From Mytilus trossulus (lineage: Eukaryota): DNA of 64,000 nt. The stretch spans positions 92,690,001 to 92,754,000 of the forward strand of contig NC_086375.1 in NCBI RefSeq assembly GCF_036588685.1, read 5' to 3'. This document shows, piece by piece, positions 12,801 to 22,790 of this stretch. The translations under genes and the position numbers were made by a program. The notes below the pieces were generated by a model that saw nothing but the letters and a program-made list of their open reading frames with translations, made no database searches and was not told the origin of the DNA. How positions within the stretch are numbered: position 1 is the first letter of the stretch; each line of letters starts with the position of its first letter.

Positions 12801-14748
12801 ATGTTTTGATATGAGCGTCACTGAGAGTCTTATGTAGACGAAACGCGCGTCTGGCGTACTAAATTACAATCCTGGTACCTTTGATAACTATTCGATACGG
12901 AAAAACTCGCAACAAATGCCAAAAGCAAAACGAGCAGAAAACAACTGTCATATTCCTGACTTGGTTATACATCATACAAGCAAAAATTAAAGACAGGAGT
13001 ACGAAAACTTACAAAAGTACAATAACACAATTGCGGGATGTATAAAAACTGAGATAAGCCAAGAGGCATAATACCTAAAGTCATGTAACAAAGGTTAAAA
13101 ATATACAAATATACAAAGACATATAAACAGAACACTATAACACGCAATTAAGTCAAAAATGGACCACGATTCTAAATTAAAAAAGATTCATGCGGCGTCA
13201 CATGATAATCTTTAACTGTTTTGTAACAGTTTTGTCTGCAGCAATCCAAGTATTCTGGAGAACTTTTGTCACAGAACGTCACTTAAACTCAACCAAAGGA
13301 ATATTGGAAATAATAAGTCGAAAATAAACGCCATAGCAAAAGATAAAAGAAAAAAGGCAAACAATAAATACAAAGCACAACAAAGAAAACTGCAAATGAA
13401 CAACATGTACCACTCCAAAACCCGATAGTGATCTCAGCAGGTCTGTACGTACGTATGCAGATATTGCTTCATATGTTGCACCTGTCGTGTTGCTAATGTA
13501 AATATAACCTCGAGAAACGTAAAATTGGTAGGTTACATTCGACAAAAAAGAGGATGGGATTATAGCTATTCAATCAAATCTGTCGTCATCTATGAAACAG
13601 ATAATCCATAACGGTCAACCAACTTGTGATGGCATCCGTAAAATTGTCGAAGAGATGATTACAACTTCACCACTTGAAACCCTTGGTATAACAATATTTT
13701 GATTTTCTTTTGATGATAGTTGTATTGTTTATTTGTACATTATGTAATGTATTTGTGGTATATTTTAGGTTCCGTTTTTGCTGGAATTGCCGCCATCGAG
13801 TTTATTTGCAACATGGCAAGTTCTCTTTTAGCTAATGCTGTGTATGACGCCACTGTAGAAATTTATAAAGGATTCACATTCTTTGTGATGGCTGGGTATG
13901 CTGTTATTGGTATTGTCTTGTGCTGGTAAGTATTAATCTGTGATTGCTGGGTATGCTGTTGTTGTAATTGTTTTATGTTGGCTTGATATGCTGCTGTTGT
14001 TTTTTTTTATGTTGGCTTGATATGATGTTGTTCGTTTTTTTTTATGTTGGTTGGATGTTTCTTGCTGGTATTGTTTTTATGAAGTAAGAATTGCTTGGGG
14101 GGGGGGGGGGGGGGGGGGTTTGATATGCTTTTGTAAGTGAAATTGTTCTTTAAAGGTAGATATTATTCTATCATATAGATATAGAAAGATGTGGTGTGAG
14201 TGCCAATCAGACAACTCTCCATCCAAAAAAACAATTTATAAAAGTAAACTTTTATAGGTCAATGTACGGCCTTCAATACGGAGCATTGGCTTACACCGAA
14301 CAATCAGCTACAAAGGGCCCCAACATTACTAGTGTTAAACAATGCAAACGGGAATACCAACGGTCTAATTTATATAAAAAACGAGAAACGAAAAATATGT
14401 GTGTATGCTGTTCGAGGAATTGTTTCGTAAAGGAAGATACTGCTAAGTCATCCTCATTTTAGTTAAACGTGCAATTCTACAACTTGAAAGGCGACTTCTT
14501 CTATTTGTCAATCAAACAATGTTAATAGATGCGTTGCAATTCACTAATCATAATATATTAAGATAAAACAAAACTAAGCAAAAAACGGAAACCTCACAAT
14601 CCCCAACACACGTAAAAACAATTAAGGCAACTATACTGACTAATTTTCATATCTATATTACAGTGTTCATATAGTAGGACAGAAGAGGCACGAAGAAAAA
14701 ACGTATTTGATTTCAACGACAGAAAAAGCTTCAAGCCAATATTCATAA
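9851..14748 (+). CDS. SLC46-family (PCFT/SLC46A3-like) MFS transporter, copy 2, ~496 aa; exons 9851-11015, 12038-12121, 13769-13925, 14664-14748
   Basis: Hydrophobic multi-TM protein with the MFS motif GSLSDAYGRK, plus YCYIADLT, VLPESLP, LYELNSPFCWD, RSIMSR and GSVFAG. All introns are GT-AG with consistent phases, and the exon total of 1491 nt is divisible by 3. N-terminal EKRPLL dileucine motif. AATAAA at 14781. Confidence 0.9.
11466..12121 (+). repeat. 79-bp minisatellite (8 units) built from the splice acceptor and first 60 nt of SLC46 copy 2 exon 2
   Basis: Units start at 11485, 11564, 11643, 11722, 11801, 11880, 11959 and 12038. Only the last continues into the full 84-nt exon ending G|GTGAGT. 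Confidence 0.95.
12568..12893 (+). mobile_element. Hammerhead retrozyme copy (non-autonomous retroelement); ribozyme core lacks N7
   Basis: gcgtca CTGA-GA gtct tatgt agac GAAAC gcgc GTC tggcgt at 12815-12857. The body is homologous to 19112-20070 and 30520-30750. Confidence 0.8.
14097..14118 (+). repeat. G22 homopolymer (potential G-quadruplex) in the last intron of SLC46 copy 2
   Basis: 22 consecutive G in an AT-rich background. Confidence 0.9.
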
Positions 14749-14922
14749 TATACTCATAACTGTATTACATCTTAGGAGTTAATAAAACTGTTTCCAATTT
14801 GGCAGTTTTGGAAGAATCGGGTATGATCCAATGTTCAGTTGATACTATCAAACTTTGTTTAGGTTACTCATGTAGTCAGTCAAAATTCACTCATTAAAAA
14901 TCGTAAAACTTTTGCTATATAT

Positions 14923-17900
14923 CTTCTTCTTTTTCTTCCAGGTAAGGAACCAGATTCATTGCTGAATGTTAATGGTTCCGCGCGAAAACTTTACGCAGTG
15001 TCGGGCAACACAGAAAGATTTCTCTTGGCTATTTACAAATTACATTTAAAACGTTCGCAAAAAAAATATACAATTAAAATTATTTACAACTGGTTTTCCT
15101 ACTTCCTTTCAGAGCATGCCTTCAGGGCAGCTCTGAATCCCTCAACGGTGTTGGTTGCTGTAACTGTTGTTGGTAGGTTGTTCCAGTCCCTGATTGTCCT
15201 CGGGAAGAAAGATTGGCCGTAGGTGTCTGTACTTGTTCTTTCTTGGAAGAAGCGGTTTTAACCTCTGGTCCGGTTATCATTCGGCGTCAAATATTGGTGA
15301 CGGTCTATATCTATAAGTTCATGCTGGATCTTGAATAGCATGCACAATCTATTTGTTTTCCTCCGTTCTTCGAGGCTTTCCCACTTTAGATTTTTAACCA
15401 TATTTGTGACACAGCCAGGTGTTCGGTCTGTGTAGTTGTTATTCACAAATCTTGCAGCTCTTTTCTGAACCTGTTCAATTGCCTTGATTTTATTTTGAGC
15501 GGTTGGGTCCCATACTGTGCTTGCATATTCCACTGCAGGTCTTACCATGGACACATATGCAGCTGCCTTTACAGGTTTTGTACAGCCTTTGAGGTTTCTA
15601 CGTATAAACCCCAAAGTTCTGTTTCCTTTGCCTACTGTATTGTCTATGTGTTTATCCCATGTTAGGTTGTTACTGATGGTTACTCCAAGATATTTACTTG
15701 CTTCCTCTGTGTCTAGAGTATGACCGTGAAGATGGTACGATGTTTGTATCACTGGTCTATTTTTGGGGGATATTCTAATGACAAGGCATTTTTTGGCATT
15801 AAAACTCATCTGCCATTTGTTTTCCCAGTCTTCCAATGCTGTTAAGTCCTTTTGGAGAAGTTCACTGTCAGCTTGGTTGGTGATGGTACGAAAGAGAAGG
15901 CTGTCATCCGCGAACAATTTGGTCTCTGATGTAGATGCTGTTTCTGGCATGTCATTAATGTAGGCCAGGAACAGTAATGGACCAAGGACTGTGCCTTGGG
16001 GTACACCAGAGAGTACTGGTACTTGTGAAGAGACGGCACCCTCTAATATCACGCTCTGCTTTCTGTTATGTAGGAAAGAGCGAATCCATTTATTGGTTTT
16101 GGGGTTGACGCCGTAGTATTCCAACTTGTGTAGGAGGCGGTGATGTTGTACCTTGTCAAATGCTTTTGCAAAGTCAAGCAGGATGATGTCTACTTGGCCG
16201 CTACTTTTTAATTTCGATGCAATGTCGTTGATGGTTACAACTAGTTGGGATTCGCATGATCGTCTTTTGCGGAATCCGTGTTGTGCATCAGTTAGTATTT
16301 TATTTTTGTCAAAGTGGTCCATGATGTTGCTATGTACAATATGTTCTAAGACCTTACATGTGATGGAAGTTAGAGATACTGGTCTGTAGTTAGATGCTAG
16401 GTGCCTTTCGTCTTTTTTAAAAAGTGGAACTACATTGGCATCTCTCCAATCTTGCGGGACTTCACCAGTGTTCAATGTTGTTTGATATAGGTCTGTGAGT
16501 ATAGGAGCAAGTTGTTCTGCTGCTGCTTTCAGTATAAAGGCTGGTATTGAATCGGGACCAGTAGCTTTATGCGGTTTCAGGTTTTTTAATAATTTGTGGA
16601 CTCCGTTGGTACTAATTGTTATGTCCTTCATGGTGGAGTATGGACTTTTTCCTTTATCCGGAAAGTTATTTAGGTTTTCTTTGGTAAATACTGACTGGAA
16701 TTGGTCGTTTAAAATGTCAGTTTTACTCTTGTTGTCACTTTGCAGAAATCCCATTTTGTTTTTTAGTGGTGCCACTCCTGTCCACTCCTGACCTTTGCTC
16801 TTGATATAAGACCAGAATTTCTTTGCATTATCTCTATAGTCGGAACTGACCTCTTCCATATACTTCTTGTTGGCTTGCCGGACCTCCCACTGCACTTCTT
16901 GTTGTAGTCTTTTATACCTGTCCTTGTCTCTTTTCTTTTTAGTTTTTCTCGCCTTCTTGTGTGCTTTCTGCTTTTGGTTTATTTTGCGTCTAATGGTTGT
17001 ATTGATCCATGGATGAGTGTTTCTTCCAAGGGTCATTTTCGTTGGTACTCTTTTCTCTATGGTGGTTTGTACAGTTGTTTTAAATGCCTGCCATAAAGAC
17101 TCAACGCTTCTATCTTTGATGTTTTTGAAGGTAGTTATAAAGTTTTGTAGATCTTCCTTTATATTATGTATTTCAGCTTTTTTCCATAGAAATATTTTTC
17201 TTCTGACTGGTTTAGGTTTAAGTGGTTTACAAGCCATATCTAGGAGGACGATGTCATGGTCGCTGTTTCCTATTGATGGTAATGGTTTGCATCTTAATTT
17301 AAATGAAGGATGAGATGTAAGCAATAAATCTAAGGTATTCTCTTTTCGTGTTGGAAAGTCCACAATTTGTTCTAGCCCGTTGTCAGCTACAAGTTCCAAG
17401 AATGCCTGGTTGGTTCTGGTGGGATACTGTCTATGGTCTATAGTTTGTTCTGCCCAGTTGATATCGGGTAAGTTGAAATCGCCACCAATAAGGAATATGT
17501 CTTTTTGATGTTTTGCTCTGATGTTATTTATTTCGTCTTTCATTTTATTCAAGTATGTGTCATCTGTTTTATCAGGTGGTCGATAAAAAGCGCCTATAAG
17601 CATTTTCTTTTTTCCTTCTAAGTTAATAGTGCCAGTTAGTAGTTCTATTTCTGTGCTTTTTATGATGTTACCCAGCTGTAATGTTTGTTTAGCTGCTATC
17701 AATACCCCTCCATGGGGGTCCTTTGGGCGATCTCGGCGTTCCGTGTCATAATGGAAGTAGTCTGGTATAATCTCGCTTGATTTGATGTTTGGATCAAGCC
17801 AGGTTTCCGTGCCTATTATTACATCTGGCTCAGTTGACTCAATGATTGCTTCGAGTAGTTTTCCTTTTTTTCTGAGACTTTGAAAATTGATGTTCAATAT

Positions 17901-17960
17901 TCTTAACTGTTTTTTAGTGACTGGTTTAGTTTTAGTTGGTTTTGGTGATGATGTCATGAT
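14923..17960 (-). mobile_element. Non-LTR retrotransposon (APE + RT ORF2, RTE-X-like), 5'-truncated, one premature stop
   Basis: 905-aa ORF. APE motifs: NINFQS, GTETWL, YRPP, GGDFNLP, SDHD. RT motifs: KATGPDSIP, NYRPVSLTS, DFAKAFD, GVPQGTVLGP, FADD. The frame continues past the TAA at 15258 as NRFFQ...SFFPRTIRDWNNLP. The 3' tail is GAAGAAAAAGAAGAAG at ~14923-14938. Clade assignment is tentative. Confidence 0.9.
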
Positions 17961-19111
17961 CGGTATAGCAAACAAAAAAAATCAATTCATAAAATTTTGG
18001 GACCATTTCATTTCAAAAAGGGTTATTGATAAAAGAGGAAACAAATTTAGAACCTTGAAGAAGAAATTTAATATGGAGAACTTTTAAAAATAAGATATCG
18101 ACAGAATTGATATTTTAAACTTTGTAAGAATAAGGATAAGTAATAGTGTCGTGGTGGTTTAAAAAGGCAGACATAAAAATATTGATTTAGAAAAAACAAA
18201 TTATGCGCCGTTATGGAAATGTGTAGTTGAAGATGAATAACACTTAACCATGTACCAAACTCAATGATTTGAGGACCTTTACCTCAGAATATTTTAGATA
18301 TTTTACCATGTTTTGATAATCTTTCAGACAATGACAAATTCTATCTATGACGAAATAATGATTATGATGTCAGTTGATATTGTATAAAAGGTATTAATGA
18401 GATTTACAAAATTAGATGTTCACTACCTTAAGTTATTTTATGCTATTGACAATATCAATCGTATTACTAGTATCTAAAACTGTACCTCCTCAGTCAGATA
18501 AAAAGAAGGGAGCAAAATTGAAAAATTACTAAATTTTATGTATCTCTAAATATTTTTTTGTTATGTTTTGTATTGTTATATAGTAATTGATTGTAATGAT
18601 TAAAATGTTTGTTCTTTGTTGTCTGTGTGTTGATAACAATCCAGATTTTGGATTTTATATCAATAACATTTTTGACTTTGACTTTAACAGTTGATTATTA
18701 GCAATTAAAGTTTATACTGTTTTGAGGGTAAATAAAATTCTGATGAGGATTAATTTTAACCTGATTTTTTTGGCGGCTGTGGTTGATGGTTAAAACATTC
18801 AACAACGTACGTACACTTTTCTATGATTATTTTTTTTTTATTAATTACAAAATCAAAAGCTCAAACACATCAAACGAATGCACAGCAAATATCATGTTCC
18901 TGACTTGGTAGAGGCATTTTCTTAGGTAGAAATGGTGTTTTAAACATGGTTTTATAGTTAGCTAAATTTCTGACTTGTATGACAGTCGTACAAAATTCCA
19001 CTATATTAAAAACGACGTTTGAACAAATTAAACAAACACAACGATGTAAAAATGTAAAAAAAAATGGAATACAACAATCAACATTGATTTATTACCTAGG
19101 TTAATCACTAT

Positions 19112-20070
19112 AATCAAAAGTACCAGGATTATAAATTAGTACGCCAGACGTGCGGTACGTCTACATAAGACTCATCAATGACGCTCATATCAAAATATTG
19201 ATAAAGCCAAATAAGTACAAAGTTGAAGAGCATTTGGGATAAAAAATTCCAAAAAATTGTGCCAAATACGGCTAAGGTAATCTATGCCTGGGATACACAG
19301 GCACTTGTTTCTGTCAATGTGGGGTTTACTATCCATACCAGTACAAAAAAAAACACAAGGTAGCTAACGGAAATTTTCAATTTGCCTTGTCTTGTTCACG
19401 AATAAAAGTACACCAGTCTTTCGGTAATTGACTTATCTTTACAATGAAACAACTTTCACGTACCTTGAGAATACCCCTCAAACAGAATAACACACTTGAG
19501 ATGAGAATTATTGACCTTTTTCCAGACCATTGAATTTGTAAGGACTAAACTTCCGGTTAACTTAGGAAGTGAATATAACTGTGCAATCCCAATGGTTACA
19601 TTTTTCTGGTTACTGGTAACTAGTATAAATAAACAGGTAACCAGATGAATTAAACCAATGAGATTGCACAGTTAAATTCACTTCCTAAGTTAACCGGAAG
19701 TTTAGTCCTTACAAATTCAATGGTCTGTAGTACTTTTATTCGTGAACAAGTAAAGGGAACATAAAAAAATATTGGTTGAAGCGAACAGATTGAAAATTTC
19801 CGTTAGCTACCTTGTATTTTTTTTGTACTGGTATGGATAGTAAACCCCACATTGACAGAAACAAGTGCCTGTGCTGGGATACGAAAATCCTTGGTTTTTC
19901 GTAAAATTTAAAGTTTTGTAAACAGAAAATTTATAAAAAAGACCACGTTATTGATATTCATGTCGACACTTCAGTGTTGACTACTGGGCTGGTGATACCA
20001 TCGGGGACGAAACGTCCACCAGCAGTGGCATCGACCCAGTGGTGTAAATAGTTATCACAAGTACCAGGAT
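19112..20070 (-). mobile_element. Full-length ~355-nt retrozyme monomer with terminal redundancy, interrupted by a MITE
   Basis: gtaccaggat recurs at 19120 and 20061 (941 apart). Removing the 578-bp MITE and 8-bp TSD leaves 355 nt. A degenerate hammerhead lies at 19141-19184 on the minus strand. Confidence 0.8.
19296..19873. mobile_element. Foldback MITE with 8-bp TSD (P/hAT-like termini CACAG...CTGTG)
   Basis: ~85-bp terminal inverted repeats, plus an inner inverted pair (~19523-19620 / ~19635-19727). TSD CTGGGATA at 19288-19295 and 19874-19881. Confidence 0.9.
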
Positions 20071-21248
20071 AAAACAAACAATTATGTATGTATGTGCCTT
20101 TCCCGATTCAGGAGCCTGTAATTCAGTTGTTGTCGATTGTTTATGCGTTTCATGTGCCTGTCCCAATTCAGGAGCCTGTAATTCAGTGGTTGTCGATTGT
20201 TTATGTGTTACATTAAAGAATTTATAGAAAGAAACTAAATGAGCAACACGTTGAATAGATGTGAAGCAGGATTGTTTTCCTCCGTGATGTCATCCCGGTC
20301 ATTTACGGGATTCATGTTGCTATGTTTTTAGTTTGTTTATGACGTGTTTTGTGGTCTGTTATTTTTTCTTTCTTTATCAATATGTTGACAGTCTCTATCC
20401 GATTTATGAGCTTTGGATGTCCCTTTGATGTCTTCTGTCTTAATTTTAAAGGAGAAATAAATCAAAACAGATGATGGAGTATTATTTGTCGAATGAAATA
20501 TACGATATCGGAATTGTTGCTTTCTACACAGGCCCTTGTCTCAGAATCCCCCCTTTATACAATAATGTTATATTAAGGTATAATGGAAAAGTATATCCCA
20601 GACATGTGCCTGTGGCATTTTAGTCTCAGATATTAAATAAAATTGAGAATGGAAATGGAAAATAAAAATGAAAAAAAGTATTCAATACAACGAGAAATCC
20701 CGCATGTTTGAAAATAACCTGATTTTATTTAGAAGATTGATTTATTTGCTGTGAAGCATTTTCGCTTTATTGAGAGGTGAAATTCTAAGGTTAGTTTATT
20801 GTCAAACCTTTAATTTTCAACTATTTGTGTGTTTCATTTACTATTTCTTTTGTAATTACGAAATATTATACTTTTCTTTTTCGTTTTGCAAAAATGGATA
20901 TTAAATCCCATTTTCATAAGGATATTGGAAATGGAACGAACAGTTATATCGTACTGAAAACACCCTGTATAACCCCGATACAGATGAAACCGGACGTTGA
21001 CGCGTTCGAATCGAACACACCGTGTAACACTGAGTTCAGACAGTAAGGAATTCATATTTTAAAGACAATCCAATATTTATTCTTCGGATATTTTGCTCCA
21101 ATATATTCTTTGCCATAATACTCATCAGCTACTAAAAAAGTTTTTCAAAAATGTGACATTTTTAAATACAAACATCAAAAAACGCACGACGATATATATG
21201 ATAAAATGTGCTTGGTATTTTTAAATATTCAAAATTTAATGTTTCTCG

Positions 21249-22790
21249 TACGGGGCGCCGAATGGGACTCTTGTGGTTTTGTACTCAAAATTCAATTTTG
21301 TACGGACAAAAGTGACTTTTGTTCAACAAAAATGAGTTCAGTTTAACAAAATTTGTATCATACTACAAATTTGAAATTTTGTATGTTATCAGCGGACAAA
21401 AGTCACTTTTGTCATGACAAAATTCATTTTTGTTACACAGACTTGACTTTTGTTACCTAATTTGAAAATTGAGCGACAAAAGTCAATTTTGTATTTAAAT
21501 TAGTTTAGTTTGGTTTCTGTGAACTAATTTGCATACAAAATCGACTTTTGTTACACAAAATTGACTTTTGTTACACAAAAATTACTTTTGTTACACAAAA
21601 TTGACTTTTGTTACACAAAATTGACTTTTGTTACACAAAATTGACTTTTGTTACACAAAATTGACTTTTGTTACACAAAATTGACTTTTGTCTCAACAAA
21701 ATTGACAAAATTGACTTTTGTCTCAACAAAATTGACAAAATTGAATTTTGTCTCAACAAAATTAACAAAATTGAATTTTGTCTCAACAAAATTGACAAAA
21801 TTGAATTTTGTCTCAACAAAATTAACAAAATTGAATTTTGTCTCAACAAAATTGACAAAATTGAATTTTGTTTCAACAAAATTGAATTTTGTCTCAACAA
21901 AATTAACAAAATTGAATTTTGTCTCAACAAAATTGATTTTTGTCTCACGAAAGTCAATTTTGTGTCACGAAAGTCAATTTTGTGTCACGAAAGTCAATTT
22001 TGTCTCATAAAAGTCAATTTTGTTGTTACAAAATTGAATTTTGTCATCACAAAAATGAATTTTGTCGTCACAAAATTGACTTTTGTCTCAACAAAATTGA
22101 CAAAATTGACTTTTGTCTCAACAAAATTAACAAAATTGACTTTTGTCTCAACAAAATTTACAAAATTGACTTTTGTCTCAACAAAATTAACAAAATTGAC
22201 TTTTGTCTCAACAAAAATGACAAGATTGAATTTTGTTTCAACAAAAATTACAAAATTGAATTTTGTCTCAACAAAAATGACAAAATTGAATTTTGTCTCA
22301 CAAAAGTGAATTTTGTCTCACAAAAGTCAATTTTGTCTCACAAAAGTCAATTTTGTCTCACAAAAGTCAATTTTGTCTCACAAAAGTCAATTTTGTCTCA
22401 CAAAAGTTAATTTTGTTTCACAAAAGTCAATTTTGTTTCACAAAAGTCAATTTTGTCTCACAAAATTGAATCTTACCGTACACAATTGACTTTTGTGATT
22501 TAATTTCCATATCAGGTAACAAAAGTCAATTTTGTATGCAAATATGTTTATATTTGCATACCTTTAAGACAAAATTGACTTTTGTCATGACAAATATGAA
22601 TTTTGTCTACAAAAATGAATTTTGTCATGACAAAAATGAATTTTGTCTACACAAATGAATTTTGTCATCACAAAATTGATGTTCTCACAAAACAAGTCTG
22701 TAGCACATAGTTTTGTAAGACAAAAATGATTTTGTTATGACAGAATTGAATTTTGTACAAAACCACAAGAGTCCCATTCGGCGCCCCGTA
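21249..22790. mobile_element. TIR element (TACGG...CCGTA termini, 5-bp TSD) filled with 20/30-bp minisatellite arrays
   Basis: 36-bp perfect TIRs tacggggcgccgaatgggactcttgtggttttgtac. TSD TCTCG at 21244-21248 and 22791-22795. The interior is arrays of ACAAAATTGA(C/A)TTTTGT variants. Confidence 0.9.

Noticed and set aside
15517-17313. Several + strand ORFs opposite the LINE (and similar antisense ORFs at 10711, 43005-43492, 46701, 52934)
   Set aside because: Antisense shadows of real coding sequence with no independent support.
14911-17972. tttgctata / tatagcaaa inverted 9-mer at the two LINE ends
   Set aside because: Too short and AT-rich to interpret. No direct TSD could be identified.
21631-22410. 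Four overlapping 108-213 aa ORFs with repetitive peptides
   Set aside because: Artefacts of translating the 20/30-bp minisatellite inside a TIR element.
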